From the NCBI GenBank assembly GCA_963749495.1, contig CAVVMW010000007.1, positions 32,001-96,000 of the forward strand: DNA of 64,000 nucleotides. Direction: 5' to 3'. The stretch comes from an uncultured bacterium (GTDB taxonomy: Bacteria > Verrucomicrobiota > Verrucomicrobiia > Limisphaerales > UBA8199). Each line of letters begins with the position of its first letter. Position 1 is the stretch's first letter. Of this stretch, positions 1-5,585 are shown in pieces. The position numbers were made by a program, and so were the translations under genes. The notes under the pieces are model-generated. The model saw only the letters and a list, made by a program, of their open reading frames with translations. It was not told where the DNA came from and did no database searches.

Positions 1-33
1 AGGTCGCAAGTGAGATTCTTGCCGCGGACACCA
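1..33 (+). tRNA. 3' end of a tRNA truncated by the window edge (identity unknown)
   Basis: T arm gcaag-TGAGATT-cttgc, 3' acceptor strand, ACCA. Confidence 0.75.
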
Positions 34-128
34 TTTCCAGTCGCGCCGGTGCCCCTATTGATTCTCCCCTCCCCACTCGTGAGTGCCGGAGGGCGGGGCC
101 GGAACCGGGCGGAGATACCAATTTCGTG

Positions 129-207
129 TGCGGGGTGGACTGGAGCAGACCAGCGCCGGGCCCATAACCCGGACTGCGTGGGGCGCGCTACCTCACCCCT
201 GCCGCCG
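129..207 (+). tRNA. tRNA-fMet-like (CAT), degenerate
   Basis: ccggg-cc CAT aa-cccgg with the GGG/CCC initiator pattern, 1:72 mismatch, irregular T arm, ends ccg not cca. Confidence 0.6.
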
Positions 208-218
208 ATTATCCTTTT

Positions 219-293
219 GCGGCATAGGTGTTTACAGATGCATGGCTGCCTTCCAAGCAGCGGGAGTGAGCGCGATACTCACATGCCGCACCA
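219..293 (+). tRNA. tRNA-Gly(TCC)
   Basis: gcggcat/atgccgc acceptor, gctgc-ctTCCaa-gcagc, CCA. Confidence 0.85.
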
Positions 294-294
294 T

Positions 295-365
295 CGCAGC
301 AGTCCCAGCGGACAAGTTGGTCTCATAAGCCGACCGGCCCGGTGCGACCCCGGGTGCTGCGACCA
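295..365 (+). tRNA. tRNA (CAT; Met or Ile2), compact fold
   Basis: cgcagca/tgctgcg, gttggt-ctCATaa-gccgac, tiny D arm, CCA. Confidence 0.75.
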
Positions 366-368
366 ATT

Positions 369-460
369 TCAAGGAACTGAAGGAGCCAACAGGTGTTCAG
401 CCGGGCAAGCACAGCGCCCGGTTGCAGCGGTTCGAGTCCGGCTCTCCTTCAGCTCCTTGA
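369..460 (+). ncRNA. tRNA-like RNA with ~16-bp extended terminal stem, no CCA
   Basis: tcaagga-a-ctgaaggag pairs with ctccttcag-c-tccttga; internal mini D arm, gccgggc/gcccggt arm, GGTTCGAGTCC T arm. Confidence 0.5.
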
Positions 461-468
461 TTTCTGTC

Positions 469-557
469 GGGCTGTAAACTCCAAGAGTGAAATCCCGGCT
501 TGGCCGGCGAGACACGCCCGCGTCCTGCCACCGATTCAAAGCCGGAACAGCCCACCA
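469..557 (+). ncRNA. tRNA-like RNA with acceptor stem and CCA but no recognisable anticodon/T arms
   Basis: gggctgt/acagccc-ACCA, actc-caa-gagt hairpin, ccggctt/aagccgg stem. Confidence 0.45.
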
Positions 558-567
558 ATCTTCCGAC

Positions 568-642
568 GGGCCGCAAGCTTTAACAGTGAAGCAGCAAGCT
601 TTTAACTTGCTGAACACGGGGCAGTACCGTGGCGGCTCACCA
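568..642 (+). tRNA. tRNA-Lys(TTT)
   Basis: gcaag-ctTTTaa-cttgc, gggccgc/gcggctc, CCA. Confidence 0.85.
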
Positions 643-755
643 ATTTCCGGGCCCTCACCAGCGCTTGCCCGTCACGGTTTCCAAGCGCGGGGCGGTTTTG
701 GCGGGCCGCCCTCCGGAGCTCACAGCAGGAGCCAACACCCCATCGACTTTCTGAT

Positions 756-835
756 TGCCCCGTGGCGGAATTATCAGACGCGCTCGACTTTGGATCGAGT
801 TTTCATTGCTGGTGAAAACCCAGCCGGGGCTGCCA
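756..835 (+). tRNA. tRNA-Gln(TTG)
   Basis: ctcga-ctTTGga-tcgag, gccccg/cggggc, GCCA. Confidence 0.8.
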
Positions 836-843
836 ATTTCCAT

Positions 844-914
844 ACGCAGGGCGCCAGCTTGCGCAGCCGAGTCCCCAAAACTCAGCGTGGTTGGGGCAGC
901 ACCAACCCTGCGTG
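844..914 (+). tRNA. tRNA-Trp(CCA), compact fold, CCA end not encoded
   Basis: acgcagg/cctgcgt, gagt-ccCCAaa-actc, T arm gttgg/ccaac. Confidence 0.7.
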
Positions 915-915
915 C

Positions 916-990
916 GGGGCCATAGCTCAACCAGCAGAGCAACTCGTTCGCAACGCGAAGATCGGGGCGCGACTCCCCGTGGCTCCACCA
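916..990 (+). tRNA. tRNA-Ala(CGC)
   Basis: ggggcca/tggctcc with G3:U70, loop ttCGCaa (weak anticodon stem), CCA. Confidence 0.8.
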
Positions 991-996
991 ATTTCT

Positions 997-1082
997 CGGC
1001 CGGTGTGCGAGCAGCAAAACAGGCGGTCCGTAAAACCGTTGCCCTCCGGGCTTCATTGGTGCAAGTCCAATCCGGCCGACCA
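997..1082 (+). tRNA. tRNA-Tyr(GTA)
   Basis: gcggt-ccGTAaa-accgt, V arm gccc/gggc, CCA. Confidence 0.8.
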
Positions 1083-1094
1083 GACCTTATTCAT

Positions 1095-1187
1095 CGCGGA
1101 GTAGAGTAGCCCGGTCTAACTCTCTGGTCTCATAAGCCAGAACGACCCAAAAGGTTGTCGTTGGTTCGAATCCAACCTCCGCAACCA
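1095..1187 (+). tRNA. tRNA-Met(CAT), initiator-like C1xA72, with long variable arm
   Basis: ctggt-ctCATaa-gccag, V stem acgacc/ggttgt, canonical GG and TTCGAAT, CCA. Confidence 0.8.
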
Positions 1188-1208
1188 TTTCCGAGCGTGA
1201 AGCCGAAT

Positions 1209-1285
1209 GGTGAGTGTAGCATAACCAGTAATGCCCGAGATTGTGGGTCTCGCTTATGCGGATGCAACTTCCGTCACTCACCCCA
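1209..1285 (+). tRNA. tRNA-His(GTG)
   Basis: cgaga-ttGTGgg-tctcg, G-1:C73, CCA. Confidence 0.85.
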
Positions 1286-1292
1286 ATTTCAA

Positions 1293-1367
1293 CGGGATGT
1301 AGCTCAGGAGCAGAGCGCCGGTCTGGGGGACCGGAGGCCGAGATTGCGAAATTCTCCATCCCGACCA
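1293..1367 (+). tRNA. tRNA-Pro(GGG)
   Basis: ccggt-ctGGGgg-accgg, cgggatg/catcccg, CCA. Confidence 0.85.
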
Positions 1368-1455
1368 TTTTATGGGCCAACCCTCAACAGGCCAAGCGGC
1401 CGTCTCGAAAGTGACATTTCGGAGCGTGTCGCCGCGGTTGGCAGGCGTCTTCAGG

Positions 1456-1529
1456 GCCCCGTTAGCTCAAAAGCAGAGCGATCGGTCGATAACCGGTAGA
1501 CGCTGGCGCAATACCAGCACGGGGTACCA
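1456..1529 (+). tRNA. tRNA-Ile(GAT)
   Basis: atcgg-tcGATaa-ccggt, CCA. Confidence 0.8.
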
Positions 1530-1535
1530 ATTCCC

Positions 1536-1614
1536 GTCCGCGAATGCAAAGCCAGCTCGAGCGCCCTGCCTTTCAAGCAGGCCCTATCGGATGCGAGATC
1601 CGACGCGGACGCCA
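1536..1614 (+). tRNA. tRNA-Glu(TTC)
   Basis: cctgc-ctTTCaa-gcagg, gtccgcg/cgcggac, GCCA. Confidence 0.8.
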
Positions 1615-1618
1615 ATTT

Positions 1619-1694
1619 GCGAGTGAAGCGTATAACAGGAGCACGCAACCCAGCCAGAGGCATGGTGGAAGTGCAACTCCCTTCAACCGCTCCA
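1619..1694 (+). pseudogene. degenerate tRNA-Gly(GCC)-like
   Basis: GCG...CGC-U-CCA ends and T-like arm, but acceptor and anticodon stems are broken. Confidence 0.5.
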
Positions 1695-1702
1695 AAGTTT
1701 GC

Positions 1703-1787
1703 GGGCATGTGGCGAAACGAGGAGACGCGCGAGCCTCAGAAGCTCGTGGAGAAATCCGTGGAGATGCAAGTTCTCCCATGCCCACCA
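1703..1787 (+). tRNA. tRNA-Leu(CAG)
   Basis: cgagc-ctCAGaa-gctcg, V arm gga-gaaa-tcc, ACCA. Confidence 0.85.
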
Positions 1788-1795
1788 CTTTTCAA

Positions 1796-1872
1796 GACCC
1801 GGTGGTGTAGTCAGTCAACACGCCTGCCTCTCACGCAGGAGATCATGGGGGCGGAGCCCATCCGGGTCGCCA
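1796..1872 (+). tRNA. tRNA-Glu(CTC)
   Basis: cctgc-ctCTCac-gcagg, GCCA. Confidence 0.85.
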
Positions 1873-1879
1873 CGTTTAA

Positions 1880-1954
1880 CGGGGCGTAGCCTAGAAGCCA
1901 GGCACATGCTTCGGGAGCATGACCAGGCCGGTGCAAGTCCGGCCGCCCCGACCA
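1880..1954 (+). tRNA. tRNA-Pro(CGG)
   Basis: catgc-ttCGGga-gcatg, ACCA. Confidence 0.88.
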
Positions 1955-1959
1955 TTTAT

Positions 1960-2048
1960 GGAAGGCGTCCGGATAGACGAGGACAGCGGCTTGAACCCGC
2001 TCGGGCTCCCTGCGGGCCTCTGGGGTGCGAATCCCTAGCCTTCCGCCA
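1960..2048 (+). tRNA. tRNA-Ser(TGA)
   Basis: agcgg-ctTGAac-ccgct, long V arm, GCCA. Confidence 0.85.
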
Positions 2049-2131
2049 ACTTCCTGTGCGGGCCGAGCGGTCCCGGGTTGCCGCTCGTGTAGATGCTCAC
2101 CGGATCACGCAACGAGCCCGTGAGATATCTT

Positions 2132-2220
2132 GGAGGGGGACCGGCATCAACGAGGACCCTGGTTGGAAACCAGGCGCGGCTTCAAAACCGTCATGGGCGC
2201 AATTCCCATCCCCTCCGCCA
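2132..2220 (+). tRNA. tRNA-Ser(GGA)
   Basis: cctgg-ttGGAaa-ccagg, long V arm, GCCA. Confidence 0.8.
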
Positions 2221-2228
2221 ATTTGTGT

Positions 2229-2303
2229 TCCAGAGTGGTGTCAAAGTAGCCCGCTCGCCTGTTAAGCGATGAGGTGCTGGTGCGAGTCCAGCCTCTGGAG
2301 CCA
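2229..2303 (+). tRNA. tRNA-Asn(GTT)
   Basis: tcgc-ctGTTaa-gcga, tccagag/ctctgga, GCCA. Confidence 0.85.
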
Positions 2304-2312
2304 CTTTATGAT

Positions 2313-2404
2313 GGAGCGTCAACCGGACAAGCGTGCCGGGACTGTTTGCTAAGCAGATCGACCCTCGAAAGGGGCTTGTGGAGCATGTCCACGGCGCTCC
2401 GCCA
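2313..2404 (+). tRNA. tRNA-Ser(GCT)
   Basis: ctgt-ttGCTaa-gcag, V arm with GAAA loop, GCCA. Confidence 0.8.
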
Positions 2405-2405
2405 C

Positions 2406-2494
2406 GGATGAGGACCGGCACAGACGAGGAAACCGATTCGAAATCGGCTGCGGCCTAAGAACCGTCGCGGGTGCGATTCCCGCCTCATCCGCCA
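2406..2494 (+). tRNA. tRNA-Ser(CGA)
   Basis: ccga-ttCGAaa-tcgg, V arm, GCCA. Confidence 0.8.
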
Positions 2495-2534
2495 ATTTCC
2501 ATTTCACTCCCGAAAGCCTTCGGGAGTCATCTGC

Positions 2535-2610
2535 CGCCACGTAATTCAACATCCAGAATGCGCGCCCGATTAGCGCGTCGTTGGGGGTGAAAATCCCTCC
2601 GTGGCGACCA
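2535..2610 (+). tRNA. tRNA-Ile(GAT), second divergent copy
   Basis: cgcgc-ccGATta-gcgcg (C33, U37 atypical), ACCA. Confidence 0.7.
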
Positions 2611-2615
2611 GCTTT

Positions 2616-2691
2616 GTCCCTGTACCTCAATTACCAGAGAAACTCCGTCCTAAGGAGAAGGTTGCTGGTGGGAGTCCAGCCAGGGACGCCA
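2616..2691 (+). tRNA. tRNA-Arg(CCT)
   Basis: ctcc-gtCCTaa-ggag, gtccctg/cagggac, GCCA. Confidence 0.8.
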
Positions 2692-2698
2692 ATCTTCC

Positions 2699-2773
2699 GC
2701 GGGTGTGGTGTAAGCAGTAGCACGAGACGTTGCCAGCGTTTTAGTCCGGATGCGAATTCCGGTACCCGCACCA
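2699..2773 (+). tRNA. tRNA-Gly(GCC)
   Basis: agacg-ttGCCag-cgttt, CCA. Confidence 0.85.
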
Positions 2774-2781
2774 TTTTTTCG

Positions 2782-2857
2782 GCTCCCGTAGCTCAGGGCA
2801 TAGAGCGCATCCCTCCGGAGGATGAGGCCGCTGGTGAGATCCCAGCCGGGAGCACCA
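2782..2857 (+). tRNA. tRNA-Arg(CCG)
   Basis: catcc-ctCCGga-ggatg, ACCA. Confidence 0.88.
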
Positions 2858-2861
2858 TCTC

Positions 2862-2943
2862 AAATGAAGAATGGAGAATGCAGAATGCAGAATGGGGATG
2901 ACGAAACCCTCATTCTGCATTCTTCATTCTGCATTCTGCATTT
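2862..2943. repeat. inverted heptamer tandem repeats (AATGCAG)n ... (CTGCATT)n forming a long hairpin
   Basis: about 5 units on each side of a short spacer. Confidence 0.85.
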
Positions 2944-2948
2944 TAAAC

Positions 2949-3024
2949 GCCTCCGTGCCTCAGCAGCAACAGGACCTCCTTCGTAAAGAGGAAACCGTCG
3001 GTGCAAGTCCGACCGGAGGCTCCA
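2949..3024 (+). tRNA. tRNA-Thr(CGT)
   Basis: cctcc-ttCGTaa-agagg, gcctccg/cggaggc, CCA. Confidence 0.8.
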
Positions 3025-3033
3025 ATTTGAGCC

Positions 3034-3110
3034 GTCCAGCGACCGAGCAAGTGAACGGACACGTCTGCAAAACGTTTTGTTGCAGGGAGCGTTACCCTGG
3101 CTGGACTCCA
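3034..3110 (+). tRNA. tRNA-Cys(GCA)
   Basis: acgt-ctGCAaa-acgt, U73, CCA. Confidence 0.8.
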
Positions 3111-3204
3111 TTTCCACGTCTCCCTAAACACCATGTGGCTCGAGTGCCCGCGCCTCAAGCAATTGTCAGGACGGGTGCGGGAACTCGCCGGGACGCTGAT
3201 TTCT

Positions 3205-3281
3205 GTGGGAGTCGCTTAGCCAGTTAAAGCACCTGCGTGACATGCAGGAGATCGCCGGCGCGAATCCGGCCTCCCACACCA
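3205..3281 (+). tRNA. tRNA-Val(GAC)
   Basis: cctgc-gtGACat-gcagg, ACCA. Confidence 0.88.
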
Positions 3282-3287
3282 TGTTTT

Positions 3288-3362
3288 GCCCCCGAAGAAT
3301 AGACAGCGATTCGCGGCCTCGGTAAGGCCGACAGCTCGGTGCAAGCCCGAGCGGGGGCTCCA
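3288..3362 (+). tRNA. tRNA-Thr(GGT)
   Basis: cggcc-tcGGTaa-ggccg, CCA. Confidence 0.85.
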
Positions 3363-3369
3363 TCGTCAC

Positions 3370-3445
3370 GCGCCGGTAACTCAACATCCAGAGTACGGGC
3401 CCCTTAAGCCTGAAGTTGTGGGCGAGACTCCCACCCGGCGCACCA
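3370..3445 (+). tRNA. tRNA-Lys(CTT)
   Basis: cgggc-ccCTTaa-gcctg, ACCA. Confidence 0.82.
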
Positions 3446-3450
3446 ATTCT

Positions 3451-3525
3451 GCGGGCGTGGCTTAACAGAAGAGCGCTTCATTCACACTGAAGAGGTCGCT
3501 GGGGCAGCACCAGCCGTCCGCACCA
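3451..3525 (+). tRNA. tRNA-Val(CAC)
   Basis: cttca-ttCACac-tgaag, ACCA. Confidence 0.85.
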
Positions 3526-3535
3526 TTCTGATAGA

Positions 3536-3612
3536 GCCCCTCGTAGCTTAAAACACAAAGCGCGGCGCTTCGAACCTCGGAGATGCAGGTGGAATTCCTG
3601 CTGGGGACGCCA
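3536..3612 (+). tRNA. tRNA-Arg(TCG), degenerate stems
   Basis: loop ctTCGaa, good D and T arms, mismatched acceptor and anticodon stems, GCCA. Confidence 0.6.
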
Positions 3613-3636
3613 GCCTTATGAAACTCTCAATTATAT

Positions 3637-3716
3637 GGGCACGAGTCCAAAGTAGCCGAGGTGCCGCCCTGTCACGGCGGATATTCTAGCCGGTGCGAGC
3701 CCGGTCGTGCCCGCCA
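3637..3716 (+). tRNA. tRNA-Asp(GTC)
   Basis: ccgcc-ctGTCac-ggcgg, GCCA. Confidence 0.85.
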
Positions 3717-3798
3717 TTTTCCCAGCCCGTTTACGTGATTGCGCTGCCTGGGTCCCGCAACACATTGGGCGAGCATCATGGGGATGCGGATTCCATCT

Positions 3799-3873
3799 GC
3801 CGGCCAAGCATAGATAGCGATGCGCGGGTCCTGTAAACCTGGCAGCAGAGTGCATGTCTCTGGGTCGGCTCCA
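3799..3873 (+). tRNA. tRNA-Thr(TGT)
   Basis: cgggt-ccTGTaa-acctg, CCA. Confidence 0.82.
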
Positions 3874-3879
3874 TTTGCC

Positions 3880-3963
3880 GGGCACGTGGTTCACGGAGAA
3901 TAGCAGATCCACCTGACTTAGGATCAGGCAGCCTTGGAGGTGCAACTCCTCTCGTGCCCACCA
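3880..3963 (+). tRNA. tRNA-Leu(TAG), non-canonical fold
   Basis: cctga-ctTAGga-tcagg, gggcacg/cgtgccc, ACCA. Confidence 0.8.
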
Positions 3964-3971
3964 ATTTCAAT

Positions 3972-4187
3972 CGTCCCGTAGCTGAGACACGCAAGCCGCG
4001 CTGGAAGGAGACTGGCAAAAACCGCCGGACGACCGGTGACCACCGACAGCAGATCCGAAATGCTGGCGATAGCAACTCCTTCCCTTTAATGGAGGGTGAT
4101 CACGCGAGGCAGAGATTGCTCGGCTGCACGTGGCCACGGCAGTTGGGTACTCCGAGACGAGAGGTAGCCGCCTCTCCGGGACGACCA
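3972..4187 (+). ncRNA. 216-nt RNA with tRNA-like ends and a large structured insert
   Basis: cgtcccg/cgggacg-ACCA, D-like tagctg..aagc, T-like gagagg/cctctc, internal ggaaggag/ctccttcc helix. Confidence 0.55.
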
Positions 4188-4236
4188 TTTTATCAGGCGG
4201 GCAAGAAAACCCAATCGAGTTGCCATCACCTTTTGT

Positions 4237-4329
4237 GGGGGCGTGATGTAAAGAGCATCGTCCGTCTTATGAACGGAAGTCGCACTAGATGAGTGCCGTG
4301 TGTCGGAGCGTTACCGGCCGCCCCTACCA
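4237..4329 (+). tRNA. tRNA with TAT (Ile) anticodon and long variable arm
   Basis: tccgt-ctTATga-acgga, V stem gcact/agtgc, T arm gtcgg/ccggc, ACCA. Confidence 0.75.
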
Positions 4330-4435
4330 GCCTTCGCCGCCTGCGCCAGCGGACGGCGAAGGCTGCCGCGCCGGAGCGCAGCGGAGGCGGGCTTCATGCG
4401 CGATGCGCCAAGAGCGGCTACGGCTTGGCAAGCCA
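4330..4435. repeat. REP-like palindromic element
   Basis: gccttcgccg...cggcgaaggc hairpin followed by further short palindromes. Confidence 0.45.
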
Positions 4436-4440
4436 TTTCT

Positions 4441-4524
4441 GCCCGTGTGACCTAAGCGCGAACAGCACAGCGCGGCGGCTTAAACCCGCAGGTTTTGCGA
4501 GTGCAAGTCCCGCCACGGGCACCA
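4441..4524 (+). tRNA. tRNA-Leu(TAA), non-canonical fold
   Basis: gcgg-ctTAAac-ccgc, gcccgtg/cacgggc, ACCA. Confidence 0.78.
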
Positions 4525-4530
4525 TTTTTC

Positions 4531-4614
4531 CGGCGTGTGGTTTACCGGGAACAGCAGACCGGTTCGGCTCAAAACCGAACAGCCTTGGGAGTGCAAGTCT
4601 CCCCACGCCGACCA
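4531..4614 (+). tRNA. tRNA-Leu(CAA), non-canonical fold
   Basis: ttcgg-ctCAAaa-ccgaa, ACCA. Confidence 0.8.
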
Positions 4615-4619
4615 CTTTC

Positions 4620-4697
4620 GGATTCGTCACTGGACAAGCGCGGCGGGGTTGCCTGGACAGCAGCCGTCCTCGCAGGCAGCACCACACGGATCCGCCA
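4620..4697 (+). pseudogene. degenerate tRNA (apparent GGA loop)
   Basis: ggattcg/cggatcc-GCCA and gttgc-ctGGAca-gcagc, T stem broken. Confidence 0.45.
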
Positions 4698-4698
4698 T

Positions 4699-4782
4699 GG
4701 GCACGTGGTTAAGCGAGAATAGAAGATCCCGTCGGTCGAGAGCCGGCGAGCCTTACGCGTGCAAGTCGCGTCGTGCCCACCA
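4699..4782 (+). tRNA. tRNA-Leu(GAG), non-canonical fold
   Basis: gtcgg-tcGAGag-ccggc, ACCA. Confidence 0.78.
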
Positions 4783-4789
4783 ACAACTT

Positions 4790-4863
4790 CGCCCGGTGGT
4801 GAAATAGAATCACGGCTGGCCTACACCCAGCAATCGATGGAGCGTAACCGTCCCGGACGACCA
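4790..4863 (+). tRNA. tRNA-Val(TAC)
   Basis: gctgg-ccTACac-ccagc, ACCA. Confidence 0.8.
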
Positions 4864-4869
4864 CTTTAT

Positions 4870-4944
4870 TGCCCCGTGGTGTAATCAGGAGCGCGTCGGA
4901 CTCTGGATCCGAAGGACTTGGAGCAAAACCAGGCGGGGCAGCCA
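4870..4944 (+). tRNA. tRNA-Gln(CTG)
   Basis: tcgga-ctCTGga-tccga, tgccccg/cggggca, GCCA. Confidence 0.85.
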
Positions 4945-4987
4945 AACTTGGCAACTCGGCGACACCAACAAAGAACAGAACACCAGA

Positions 4988-5578
4988 ATGGACATCATGG
5001 GCAACATATTAGGCAAGGCGATTGTGCTGGTGCTGAACCGCAACTGGCAAGCCATCAATGTGCGCACGCCCCAGGAGGCGTTTTGCATGATGGCAACGAA
5101 CGTGGCCACCGGTTTGGAGATCGAGGGGGAGGACCACATCCGCCCGGTCACCTGGGAGGAGTGGATCACATTGCCCATCCGTGACCAGGACGAGGCGGTG
5201 CACACCGTTCGCGGCCGGATTCGTGTTCCGACCGTCATCGTGGCCGTGAATTATGCCAAGGTCCCGAAGAAACGCCCGAAGCTCTGTGCCAGGGCCATTC
5301 GCGAGCGCGACCGCAATCGCTGCCAGTATACCGGCCGGGTGCTCCATCCGGAGGAGGGCAGCCTGGACCACGTCCTACCGAGGTCTCGTGGCGGCCGGGA
5401 CACCTGGGAGAACCTGGTTTGGGCCAGCAAAGAGGTGAATCAGCGCAAAGCCGATCGTCTGCCGCATGAGGCTGGACTGAGGCTCCTGTCCCATCCGCGT
5501 GCGCCCAAGGAGATGCCTGTTTCGGCCCTCATCCGCAACCCAGCACAGGTTGAGGACTGGAACCTGTTCCTTGGCTGA
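4988..5578 (+). CDS. HNH endonuclease (McrA-like)
   Basis: VLVLNRNWQAI N-terminus; RDRNRCQYTG..SLDHVLPRSRGG..WENLV..VNQRK. Confidence 0.9.
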   Translation: MDIMGNILGKAIVLVLNRNWQAINVRTPQEAFCMMATNVATGLEIEGEDHIRPVTWEEWITLPIRDQDEAVHTVRGRIRVPTVIVAVNYAKVPKKRPKLCARAIRERDRNRCQYTGRVLHPEEGSLDHVLPRSRGGRDTWENLVWASKEVNQRKADRLPHEAGLRLLSHPRAPKEMPVSALIRNPAQVEDWNLFLG

Positions 5579-5585
5579 AAAATCA

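Noticed and set aside
369..460. YrlA-type Y RNA
   Set aside because: Arm order is that of a normal tRNA rather than permuted, and no Ro60 gene lies in the window
3972..4187. Canonical tmRNA (ssrA)
   Set aside because: No GGGG start or G3:U70, too short, putative tag does not end in AA; kept only as tmRNA-like
1..4944. Stop-codon suppressor, Sec or Pyl tRNA
   Set aside because: No TTA, CTA or TCA anticodon found in the parsed loops
10..4954. Many ORFs on both strands over the first 5 kb
   Set aside because: They overlap the tRNA array and show no protein motifs
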